Positions 1-8,044 of a DNA stretch of 64,000 nucleotides are shown piece after piece (position 1 is the stretch's first letter; each line of letters opens with the position of its first letter). Source of the DNA: Chryseobacterium gleum (GTDB lineage: Bacteria > Bacteroidota > Bacteroidia > Flavobacteriales_D > Crocinitomicaceae); the NCBI GenBank assembly GCA_945897755.1, contig CAMDGH010000002.1, forward strand, positions 1,767 through 65,766, written 5' to 3'. The notes beneath the pieces were generated by a model. That model did no database searches. It was not told the origin of the DNA and saw only the letters and a list, made by a program, of their open reading frames with translations. The position numbers were made by a program, and so were the translations under genes.

Positions 1-463
1 CCAATTGAGTTAATCGTTGAGTACCACCATATCCAGGGATAACTCCAAGTGAAACTTCAGGTAATCCTAATCGCGCATTTTCAGAAGCTACTCTAATGTG
101 AGCCGCCATTGCTAATTCCAGTCCTCCACCCAAAGCGAATCCATTTACAGCAGCAATAATTGGCTTTGGATTATTTTCTATAAAATTAAACAGTAATTCT
201 TGGCCTTCTTTTGCAAGATGTTGGCCTTCAGAAGGATTAAAGTCTGAAAATTCTTTGATGTCTGCTCCAGCAACAAATGCTTTTTCTCCAGCTCCTGTGA
301 GTATGATCACCCGAATGATATTATTTGAATTTGCATCTTCAATGGCAGATCTTAATTCTTGAATCGTTAACTTATTTAAAGCATTTAACTGTTGTGGCCT
401 ATTGATAATGATACGCTGTATGCTTTCTTTTTGATCAACGAGTAAATTACTGTATGTTTTCAT
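1..463 (-). CDS. enoyl-CoA hydratase/isomerase (crotonase) family protein, C-terminus cut by window edge
   Basis: Not in the ORF track because it runs off the window. Own minus-strand translation from ATG (complement of 461-463): MKTYSNLLVDQKESIQRIIINRPQQLNALN...LTGAGEKAFVAGADIKEF...AAVNGFALGGGLELAMA, which are crotonase-fold motifs. Confidence 0.8.
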   Translation of the reverse strand, partial: MKTYSNLLVDQKESIQRIIINRPQQLNALNKLTIQELRSAIEDANSNNIIRVIILTGAGEKAFVAGADIKEFSDFNPSEGQHLAKEGQELLFNFIENNPKPIIAAVNGFALGGGLELAMAAHIRVASENARLGLPEVSLGVIPGYGGTQRLTQL

Positions 464-472
464 AATGAGATA

Positions 473-1030
473 TTAAGGGTTTACTATTTTAGCTTTTTTT
501 TGAATTACTATTTTATAAATTTTTACTGAAATCATTAATAAAAGTCCAACAGCTACAAAGCCGAGCGTCCCTTTAATCCAGTCCATACTGTCTTTTAGTT
601 CTACTAAAAATACAATAATCACTAAAAATAAGGTCGCTAATTCATTCCAAAGTCTTAATTGAGTTGAACTCCATTTAAATTTACCTGCTTTTAATTTAAA
701 TAAGATTTGCTGACAAATAAAATGATAAATGATTAAAAGAAAAACGAAAATTAATTTCAACTTCATCCATGAAGTTGAAAGATGCGGAGGAACAATTATG
801 AGCATCCAAACGCCAAATAAAACAGTGAGGTACATTGCTGGAGAAGTTATAATCCACCACAATTTTCGTTCCATGATGATAAACTGATCACTCAATATTC
901 GCGCTTCTTCAGGTGTTTTTTCTTGAGCTTCAGTATGATAAATAAAAAGACGAATGATATAAAATAGACCTGCAAACCAGCTAACAACAAAAATAATATG
1001 CAACGATTTTATGGTATCGTAGTAATTCAT
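473..1030 (-). CDS. hemJ: protoporphyrinogen oxidase HemJ / UPF0093 family membrane protein
   Basis: 185 aa with several TM helices. N-terminal KSLHIIFVVSWFAGLFYIIRLF segment and overall size are typical of HemJ (TIGR00701-like). Confidence 0.65.
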   Translation of the reverse strand: MNYYDTIKSLHIIFVVSWFAGLFYIIRLFIYHTEAQEKTPEEARILSDQFIIMERKLWWIITSPAMYLTVLFGVWMLIIVPPHLSTSWMKLKLIFVFLLIIYHFICQQILFKLKAGKFKWSSTQLRLWNELATLFLVIIVFLVELKDSMDWIKGTLGFVAVGLLLMISVKIYKIVIQKKAKIVNP

Positions 1031-1572
1031 TTAGTTTTATTGTTTACATCAATGCCTTTTACTTTCCGTATGCTGATTCTTGTTTTTTTCAACTCTTTAC
1101 TTTTCACAAGAAGGAAGGAGTTTAATGAGCTATAATTCGCAATTTTAAACTTTTCTGCACCGTAATATACTTCGTCATTATCATTTGAAGATTTTATATA
1201 ATACCTGCCTGATAATTGATTTCGTTGTATCGAAAAGCGTAATGTTTCTTCTTGTTTTTTCTCATTTATATTGAACAACATTTCCATTTCATCTTGCGAT
1301 ATGGTTTTGACAATGCACTTGGTATTGGCAGGAATAATAACCCGATTTTTACTTTTAACGCTGTTAGAAACTACTACACCCTCATCTGCCTTTCCTTTGG
1401 AAGATTTGTCGTAACTCTGCTCTAAAATAATTGTTGAGGAAGTGTAAAACTGAATTTCTTTTAACTTTTTATCATTTAAGTCAAACTTATTTTTCAACTC
1501 TTCTGTATAAGGTCTTTTAATTCCGCATGCTGTTAGCATTAAGAAAACGATTGAGTAGCTTAGGTATTTCAT
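1027..1572 (-). CDS. hypothetical lipoprotein
   Basis: 181 aa with lipoprotein signal peptide (LMLTAC). 4-nt overlap with the downstream hemJ start. No recognisable catalytic motif. Confidence 0.6.
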   Translation of the reverse strand: MKYLSYSIVFLMLTACGIKRPYTEELKNKFDLNDKKLKEIQFYTSSTIILEQSYDKSSKGKADEGVVVSNSVKSKNRVIIPANTKCIVKTISQDEMEMLFNINEKKQEETLRFSIQRNQLSGRYYIKSSNDNDEVYYGAEKFKIANYSSLNSFLLVKSKELKKTRISIRKVKGIDVNNKTK

Positions 1573-1630
1573 ATTTTAATTTCAGTATATGCAAATGTAT
1601 GAATTATGAGTTTCTATAATCAATATTCCG

Positions 1631-1638
1631 TACTTTTG
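1631..1638 (+). promoter_or_regulatory. candidate Bacteroidota -7 promoter box (TAnnTTTG)
   Basis: TACTTTTG lies 24 nt upstream of the ATG at 1662 in a divergent intergenic region. Confidence 0.4.
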
Positions 1639-1661
1639 TTTCAATTTTTTATACTTTTTTA

Positions 1662-2309
1662 ATGAAATTAACCGTCAAAAAATTCACCTTTAATCCCTTT
1701 CAGGAAAACACCTACATAGTTTATGGCCCTAATTTAGATGCGGTTATAATTGATCCAGGATGCAGCAATGTACAGGAACAACTAGCTTTAAGTGAATTTG
1801 TTTCGTCTAAAGGACTATCTATTAAGGCATTATTGAATACGCACTGTCATATTGATCATGTTTACGGAAACGATTTTGTGTTAAGGTCTTATAAAGTTGA
1901 TTTTTATATGCATGAAAATGAATTACCTGTTTTAAAAGCGGCTGAACGTTCGGCACAAGTTTATGGTCTAAAAGACTTTGTGCCTTCTCCACCACCTTCT
2001 CAATTTTTAAAGGATAACGATGAATTGATCTTTGGAGATGTTCGTTTCAAAGTTATTTTTGGTCCAGGTCATGCTCCAGGTCATGTTGCTTTCTATGTTG
2101 AAGAAGATCAGTTCATCATTTCGGGGGATATATTATTTAAAGGGAGTTTTGGTCGCGTAGATTTACCGGGAGGTTCAATTGATATATTAAAACATACGCT
2201 TACAAAAAGGATGTTTACCTTACCTAACGAAACGATTGTATATTCTGGTCATGGACCTGAAACTACGATTGAATCAGAGAAATATACAAATCCTATTCTT
2301 CATTATTAG
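1662..2309 (+). CDS. MBL-fold metallo-hydrolase (glyoxalase II-like)
   Basis: 215 aa with the HCHIDHV (HxHxDH) metal-binding motif and downstream GHAPGH and SGD motifs. Confidence 0.85.
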   Translation: MKLTVKKFTFNPFQENTYIVYGPNLDAVIIDPGCSNVQEQLALSEFVSSKGLSIKALLNTHCHIDHVYGNDFVLRSYKVDFYMHENELPVLKAAERSAQVYGLKDFVPSPPPSQFLKDNDELIFGDVRFKVIFGPGHAPGHVAFYVEEDQFIISGDILFKGSFGRVDLPGGSIDILKHTLTKRMFTLPNETIVYSGHGPETTIESEKYTNPILHY

Positions 2310-2316
2310 TAAAATT

Positions 2317-3321
2317 ATGTCGATTAAAATTTTTCTTTACTTTTCCATTTTATTAAGTGCTTCTGTTCAATTTTCTTGCAATTCTAAACAACCCGTTTCT
2401 AAACCTAAAAGCAGTCTAGATTTGGACAGTTTATTAAAAAAGCACCCCAATAATGTGTCCTTATTGATTAAAAGGGGTAATCGTTTTTTGGATGCTTATA
2501 ACTACGATAAAGCACTGTCTGATGGAGCTAAAGCATTTCGATTAGCGAATTCAAATTTTAACGCTAAATTTTTATATGCGAATGCATTAAATAACAGAGC
2601 TAAACGATCAATTTCTGACGTAGACCAAGCCAAAAATCTTTTTTTATCCTTATTGAAAGTCCAACCAGGAAATAAAGAAGTGTATGTTGCCCTTGCGTCA
2701 ACGTACACGCATCAAGGTGATTTTGAAAATTCATTTCGGTACATCAATCAAGCTTTAAAAATCGATAAAAGATACCGCGATGCCTATGTCTTGAAAGGAA
2801 CAAATTATGTAAGTTTAGGGAATCGTAAATTAGCGAAATCATCATACGAAACAGCAATTCAACAAGACCCATCTTTTTACGAAGGCTATCTTCAATTAGG
2901 GTTTATGTATTCTGAAGACAACGATCCACTTTCTATTGAATATTTTAAATCTGCCGCAACTCTAAAACCAAAATCAGTTGATGCTTTATATGGTGTTGGA
3001 TACAGCCTTCAACAACAGCTCAGGTTTTCTGAGGCGCAAGCCGCATACCGTCATTTATTGGATGTTGATCCACAATTTTACTTAGCTTTATTTAATCAAG
3101 GATATATTAAGCAATTTGAATTGAATGAATTGGATAGTGCCGCTTTTTTTTATAAAAGTGCTTTGCAACTCCAACCTAGTTTTGTAAAAGCATGGCATAA
3201 TCTTGGGCTTTGTTTTGCAAGCCAAGGGAGAAAAGTAGATGCTTATAAAGCTTTTTCTAAGGCCTTAAAGTACAATCCCGATTTTGAAATTTCACGCATT
3301 GAAGCATCAAAATTGAAATGA
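2317..3321 (+). CDS. tetratricopeptide (TPR) repeat lipoprotein
   Basis: Start moved from track position 2236 to ATG 2317 (MSIKIFLYFSILLSASVQFSC lipoprotein signal), which removes the overlap with the upstream gene. Repeated A..Y..AL..DP TPR signatures throughout. Confidence 0.75.
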   Translation: MSIKIFLYFSILLSASVQFSCNSKQPVSKPKSSLDLDSLLKKHPNNVSLLIKRGNRFLDAYNYDKALSDGAKAFRLANSNFNAKFLYANALNNRAKRSISDVDQAKNLFLSLLKVQPGNKEVYVALASTYTHQGDFENSFRYINQALKIDKRYRDAYVLKGTNYVSLGNRKLAKSSYETAIQQDPSFYEGYLQLGFMYSEDNDPLSIEYFKSAATLKPKSVDALYGVGYSLQQQLRFSEAQAAYRHLLDVDPQFYLALFNQGYIKQFELNELDSAAFFYKSALQLQPSFVKAWHNLGLCFASQGRKVDAYKAFSKALKYNPDFEISRIEASKLK

Positions 3322-3896
3322 ATACCATAGCCAGATATGCACAAGTTGTTTTTGATTTGAGCATTCCATTAATCGGGTTTTTTTGTTGGAAATGGAATCT
3401 GTGTTTCATCGTTTTTTTTTACATACTTGATCTTTCTTTTTCGAGTGTTTTTAGTGTTGTAAAGATGCTTAAAATTAGAAAACTAAAATGTACTCCTATT
3501 CCGTTAGTTTCTTTTTTAATGTACATATTCCTTTTTTTTCTTGTTTTAATATTTTCTTATTTGACACTGTTAAATTGCATTCATGGAATTTCGATCAAAG
3601 CAGAAATCATCCGTTTTTTATGCTACGAAGATATGGGGATGCAACAATGGATGTTCCTTTTTCCGCTTATGTTTTTAGGATCATATATGAATTATAAAGT
3701 TACTTTTTTACTTCCCAAAGAATATGAAATTGCATCAATCGATTTTGTTGTGAAAAAAGAAATCACAACGTTGAAAGTACTGTTGGGATTTATAGGATTG
3801 CTTTTAGCCTCTAGCTTTATAAACTTGTTTCCTGAGTGGGTATATTTACTTTTTATTGTTATTTCAACTGCTATTTACCGTTTTTTTCAGCGGTAA
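3318..3896 (+). CDS. hypothetical polytopic membrane protein
   Basis: 192 aa with 5-6 hydrophobic helices. ATGA start/stop overlap with the TPR gene. Confidence 0.55.
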   Translation: MNTIARYAQVVFDLSIPLIGFFCWKWNLCFIVFFYILDLSFSSVFSVVKMLKIRKLKCTPIPLVSFLMYIFLFFLVLIFSYLTLLNCIHGISIKAEIIRFLCYEDMGMQQWMFLFPLMFLGSYMNYKVTFLLPKEYEIASIDFVVKKEITTLKVLLGFIGLLLASSFINLFPEWVYLLFIVISTAIYRFFQR

Positions 3897-4134
3897 ATTT
3901 TAGGAATAAAAATCGAATGAAGGATATTATTCTTTTACGAAATAAAAATAAGATCAATAAATAGGGAATAATCATTAAATATAATATTCCGCTATTGATA
4001 TTTGTTCCAAATGAAGTTTCGTCCATCTCTGAAGCTTGTTCTGCGAGTAACTTACATTGTGAGCATCCCTGAGCAATTCCTTTTTGTATAAAAGAAAGTA
4101 GTACGAATATGAGAACTAAGAGTGATTTTTTCAT
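3871..4134 (-). CDS. small hypothetical protein with signal peptide, CxxC motif and C-terminal TM anchor
   Basis: 87 aa: MKKSLLVLIFVLLSF signal, GCSQCK motif, then the ILYLMIIPYLLILFLF helix. Its 3' end overlaps the convergent gene 3318-3896 by 26 nt. Confidence 0.45.
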   Translation of the reverse strand: MKKSLLVLIFVLLSFIQKGIAQGCSQCKLLAEQASEMDETSFGTNINSGILYLMIIPYLLILFLFRKRIISFIRFLFLKFTAEKNGK

Positions 4135-4180
4135 GGCTTACGTTTTGTATTTAAATAACAATTATACAAGCGAACTGTTT

Positions 4181-4630
4181 TTAAATAAGGCCAAATTGTG
4201 TAAAGTGGTGTGTTACATGTTTAGAATGAAGCCTTTTCCACTGTTCAAAGTTTAATGGACCATAATAAGCGTGTTGGTGTGTTAAATCTTTAGTTGTTTC
4301 ATAAAGTTCTTCGAAAGCCATCCAAACTTCAACGTACTCATCTATTGCGAGAGCTAATTCCTCATGAATCAATGCTGTGTTTGGTAATGCAAAAGGCACC
4401 TTAATGTTTTTTGCCATTGGTTTATCAGATTCTAAAAAAGCAATCATTGTTGGCAATTTCTCGATAGGGACAAGTAATTCTTGAGTGTTTTCTCCACATG
4501 CGATACGAAGTGTGTCTGTAAGATGCTCGACCATACGTTGAGCTTTCATTTCTCCCCAAAGACAAGGAGTTTCTTCAGATAATTTATCAAATAAAGGTAG
4601 AATTTCTTCTAAGGAAACGTTAACAAACAT
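4181..4630 (-). CDS. DinB-superfamily / DUF1569-like protein
   Basis: 149 aa. WGEM..QRMVEHL near the N-terminus and the C-terminal HVTHHFTQFGLI resemble DUF1569 proteins. Confidence 0.55.
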   Translation of the reverse strand: MFVNVSLEEILPLFDKLSEETPCLWGEMKAQRMVEHLTDTLRIACGENTQELLVPIEKLPTMIAFLESDKPMAKNIKVPFALPNTALIHEELALAIDEYVEVWMAFEELYETTKDLTHQHAYYGPLNFEQWKRLHSKHVTHHFTQFGLI

Positions 4631-5514
4631 TAGTTGTATTTTTTTCCAACAAAGGTATTAAGACTTTTTGGTATTACTTGAATATTTAGCTCTTTTCTCA
4701 CTTCAAAAGGTTCACCATCGTAATGTGCGATTGATTGGTTTATTGTGATACGTGCTTTTTCAAGGGGAATTATTTCTGTAAATTCTGATTTGAAACTTGT
4801 TTTTTTAAAAAAATGGTAAGCTACGGACGGTGCTTTCCAAAAACGAAACGGTTTTAACAAGCACAATTCTAGTTTTCCATCAGTTACACTTGAACTCGGA
4901 GAAATACAAAAGCCATTTCCAAATTCTGAAGCGTTCGCTAAAGTACACAATACGACAGGCATCGTTCTTTTAAAGTTTGGCATTTCAATGCTGATGGATA
5001 TTGGTTTAAATGCATAAAATTCTTTAGCGATTAATTTGATGTAATTCCACAAACCTCTTTTGCCCCCTTTGTTGAATTTGTCCGCAATTACTGCATCTAA
5101 CCCATATCCTCCGATACCTAAAAATGGCTTGTCATTTACAAGACCGGTATCCATAATTAATTTATTTTGTTCGTTAATACACAAGATTGCTTTCTTGATA
5201 TTTAAGGGTATTTTTAAATGGCGTGCTAATCCATTTCCTGAGCCAATTGGTAAAATTGCTAATGTTGTATTTGTTCCAATAAGCGCAGTTCCAACTTCAT
5301 GAACAGAGCCGTCACCGCCAACCGCACAAACAATATCGATGTGTGCATCTGAAGCTTCTTTAGCTAGAATTTTAGCGTGCTTACTAAACTCAGTATGAAT
5401 GATTTTATAATCAAATTGAGAGTGGTCTAGGTATTTTTCTATTAATCCAGGAAGCACATTTTTTTTACATGTTCCTGAAATTGGATTAATTATGAAGTGT
5501 ATTGTTTTTTTCAT
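4630..5514 (-). CDS. diacylglycerol/lipid kinase family protein (YegS/BmrU-like)
   Basis: 294 aa with the GGDGSVHEV nucleotide-binding motif and PIGSGNGLAR motif of the DAGK catalytic domain. Confidence 0.85.
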   Translation of the reverse strand: MKKTIHFIINPISGTCKKNVLPGLIEKYLDHSQFDYKIIHTEFSKHAKILAKEASDAHIDIVCAVGGDGSVHEVGTALIGTNTTLAILPIGSGNGLARHLKIPLNIKKAILCINEQNKLIMDTGLVNDKPFLGIGGYGLDAVIADKFNKGGKRGLWNYIKLIAKEFYAFKPISISIEMPNFKRTMPVVLCTLANASEFGNGFCISPSSSVTDGKLELCLLKPFRFWKAPSVAYHFFKKTSFKSEFTEIIPLEKARITINQSIAHYDGEPFEVRKELNIQVIPKSLNTFVGKKYN

Positions 5515-5812
5515 ATACCTTAGTTTGAGGGCGAATCAAATCTCGGTTGTATCGTAGAATGATAGCCTTAAGCCTTTTCTCCATCCGACGTGCTACTTTC
5601 TGCTCAGTTTTTAATGAGTCTTTAATAGATTTGTCTCGCTGATCACTACAGAACAAATTTCGTGCCATGCTCTTTGAGAAAGTGTGTGTTTTATTATTTT
5701 GAACAGAATAACACCCTCCTTATTGGTAGCTAACTGATTCATTTGTATGTTGTTGGTAAAAACAGTTTCCAAACGAATACTATTTTTTTGAAATTCCAAA
5801 CGCATCTAATAA

Positions 5813-5935
5813 TAAGACCGTTGCAAAAGTTATAAATGGAGGCGGATTAAAAATTTAATACCGGAGTTTACTATTGTAAATGAGGATGTTAAATTTTTGA
5901 TTCAACGATGAGTTAGGGGTTTTGCAACGGTCTTA
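5813..5935. repeat. 123-bp hairpin repeat element, copy 1 (MITE-like or structured RNA)
   Basis: Perfect 16-bp terminal inverted repeats TAAGACCGTTGCAAAA / TTTTGCAACGGTCTTA. 119 of 123 positions are identical to 10225-10347 in the same orientation. Intergenic. Confidence 0.85.
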
Positions 5936-6088
5936 TCATGTTGGAAATAGAGGGATTTGTTGGAACCTTGGTTTAATTTTTTTGGCTACCTACGGATTAA
6001 AGGTTTCATAGAGTCATTAAAAAAAAGTCCAACCAATTTGCAAAATCAGTGTTTTTTAGGAGAGGGTTTTTTTAATGAAGGCATCATT

Positions 6089-6946
6089 TTATTTGACACA
6101 TCGGATTAAATTTCCAAAAAACAATTCCTTCCCATGCTTTGTTTTCATCCATAACTCATTTGCGCTAGTTTTTTTTGGTGAAAAAAAACGATTTACTTCT
6201 TTTTTAAGCATATTTAAGCTCAATTTAGGGGAATAAGTATTTATGATTAATGTTCCTCCTTCGTTTAGTAATTTGAACGTGTTTTCAATCAAAAAAGGAA
6301 GTTGTTCTTCTAAAATCGAACGTTCTCCTTTGCTTCCAAATCCAAATGCTGGCGGATCCATAATGATAAAGTCGTAGGTATTCCCTCTTTTAACTTCTTT
6401 TTTTGTAAATAATAAAGCGTCATCAATAATCCACCTGATGTCTGATAATTGGTTCAATTCCATATTCGTTTTTGCCCAATTTACGAGTTGCTTGATTGAG
6501 TCAACGTGTGTTACTGATGCACCTGTATTTCTAGCTACGATTGATGCAATCCCTGAGTAAGCAAATAAGTTTAAGAATCGGTCTGCTGGTTTTAAGTTTT
6601 CTGAGATGAAACTCCAATTGAGTACTTGCTCAGGAAAAATACCAATGTGTTTGAAATTGGTTAATTCCAGTTGACAAGTTAGGTGTTTTATTTCAATATT
6701 CCATTTTTCTGGTAGATCCAGATCGCTTAGCTTGTTTTTTTTCCACTTCCCTTTTGTTGATTTTTCTTCTGAAAATGTAAAATGAACTTGTTTTTCCCAT
6801 TCTGTAAATGGAATAGAAGATTTAAAATAAGCTTGTAATTCTGGTCTTATGGTAATGACATTGCCAAAACGTTCTAACTTTTTACCACCACCAGCATCGA
6901 TGAGCTCGTAATTAGTCCAGCCAGTTGAAAAAATGCGTTCGTCCAC
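6089..6946 (-). CDS. class I SAM-dependent methyltransferase (RlmI/RlmK C-terminal domain-like)
   Basis: 285 aa with FLNLFAYSGIASIVA (SAM motif I-like) and the IIMDPPAFG motif. Confidence 0.7.
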   Translation of the reverse strand: MDERIFSTGWTNYELIDAGGGKKLERFGNVITIRPELQAYFKSSIPFTEWEKQVHFTFSEEKSTKGKWKKNKLSDLDLPEKWNIEIKHLTCQLELTNFKHIGIFPEQVLNWSFISENLKPADRFLNLFAYSGIASIVARNTGASVTHVDSIKQLVNWAKTNMELNQLSDIRWIIDDALLFTKKEVKRGNTYDFIIMDPPAFGFGSKGERSILEEQLPFLIENTFKLLNEGGTLIINTYSPKLSLNMLKKEVNRFFSPKKTSANELWMKTKHGKELFFGNLIRCVK

Positions 6947-6950
6947 GTTT

Positions 6951-7535
6951 TTACTTTGCTCGAGGAGACTTTCTTCGCCCTCTAAACATTTGTGCTTCCC
7001 TCATTTGATTTTTTGATGGAATTGCAGAAGTCAATTGTTTTTGCATCATAGAAGTTTGTTCTTTTAAAACACCTTCTTTATCTAACTTTTTAGCTTCGCT
7101 AAGTAAGGATAGTGCCTCTGTTTTGCGGCCTGTTTGTGCACATATTCCAGACAAATGAAGTCTTGCTACAGCATTGTCTTGCTGTGTTCTTAAGCCCATT
7201 TCTAATGCTTTTCGAAGCATTTGCTCACTTTTTGAAAATCCAAGATCTTGTGTGCCTAACATTGCTTTTAAATAAAGCACATAGGCATGTTGTTTTTTTG
7301 GCAAGAAGTTTACACTAGAAATCTTGTTTAAATAGTGGTATGCTTTCTCGTGGTTGCCAGTTCTCATTTGATTTAATGCTAAAATCATATATGGATTTCT
7401 AAAAAAAGATAATCCAACTAAAGCGGTTACAAAAATAAGTACGATACCCCATCCCCAATGTCCTGTATAGAAAGAATAAGTTAATAAAGAAAGTGAAACG
7501 AGCGCTAATAAAGTGCGTATAATAAATCCGATCAT
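6951..7535 (-). CDS. hypothetical membrane-anchored TPR-like protein
   Basis: 194 aa with two N-terminal TM helices, a helical repeat region and a basic C-terminal tail. Confidence 0.5.
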   Translation of the reverse strand: MIGFIIRTLLALVSLSLLTYSFYTGHWGWGIVLIFVTALVGLSFFRNPYMILALNQMRTGNHEKAYHYLNKISSVNFLPKKQHAYVLYLKAMLGTQDLGFSKSEQMLRKALEMGLRTQQDNAVARLHLSGICAQTGRKTEALSLLSEAKKLDKEGVLKEQTSMMQKQLTSAIPSKNQMREAQMFRGRRKSPRAK

Positions 7536-7550
7536 AAAGTAATTTATAGT

Positions 7551-8003
7551 TTAATCAATTGTTGCAATACATTTTAACTCAATTGCAATTGGAGTTGGTA
7601 ATGAGTTGATTTCACATGTTGTACGACATGGTAAATTATCTTTGAAATACGCTGCGTATAGGCGGTTGTAAGTATGAAAGTCTCTTTTCATGTTTACAAG
7701 AAAAACAGTAACATCTACTAAGTTTTCCCACTTAGAACCAGATTCTTCTAGGATAATACGAACGTTATCAAATACGCTTCTACATTGAGCTTCAAAATCG
7801 AATTCTATAAAATTGCCGTTTTTATCTAATTTTAGGCCAGGTACTTCCGAATCAGTAGCGTCAGAACCTGCTGTTCTAGGACCGACTCCAGATAAAAACA
7901 ATAAGTTTCCTACACGACGTGCATGTGGATACAATCCAACAGGTTTTGGTGCTTTACTTGTTGATATGCGAGAATTATCAGACATAGTTAAAAATTTGTA
8001 CAA
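7551..8003 (-). CDS. RidA/YjgF family reactive-intermediate deaminase
   Basis: 150 aa with LFLSGVGP and C-terminal RTTCEI..LP..IAIELKCIA motifs of the YjgF/RidA fold. The real start may be the internal Met at 7985. Confidence 0.85.
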   Translation of the reverse strand: MYKFLTMSDNSRISTSKAPKPVGLYPHARRVGNLLFLSGVGPRTAGSDATDSEVPGLKLDKNGNFIEFDFEAQCRSVFDNVRIILEESGSKWENLVDVTVFLVNMKRDFHTYNRLYAAYFKDNLPCRTTCEINSLPTPIAIELKCIATID

Positions 8004-8044
8004 ATATAAGAATTCGTTATTGAAATTTAATTTATGCGATGAAA

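Noticed and set aside
2236-2316. Track start of the TPR ORF at 2236, overlapping the MBL hydrolase gene by 74 nt
   Set aside because: The internal ATG at 2317 immediately precedes a clean lipoprotein signal peptide and removes the overlap, so the extension is probably read-through ORF artefact.
5486-5805. Two short minus-strand ORFs (60 and 64 aa) in the gap upstream of the lipid kinase gene
   Set aside because: They are in different frames and overlap each other, and one overlaps the kinase start. Neither has a recognisable motif or signal. They are treated as non-coding or a possible pseudogene (see finding) rather than annotated as CDS.
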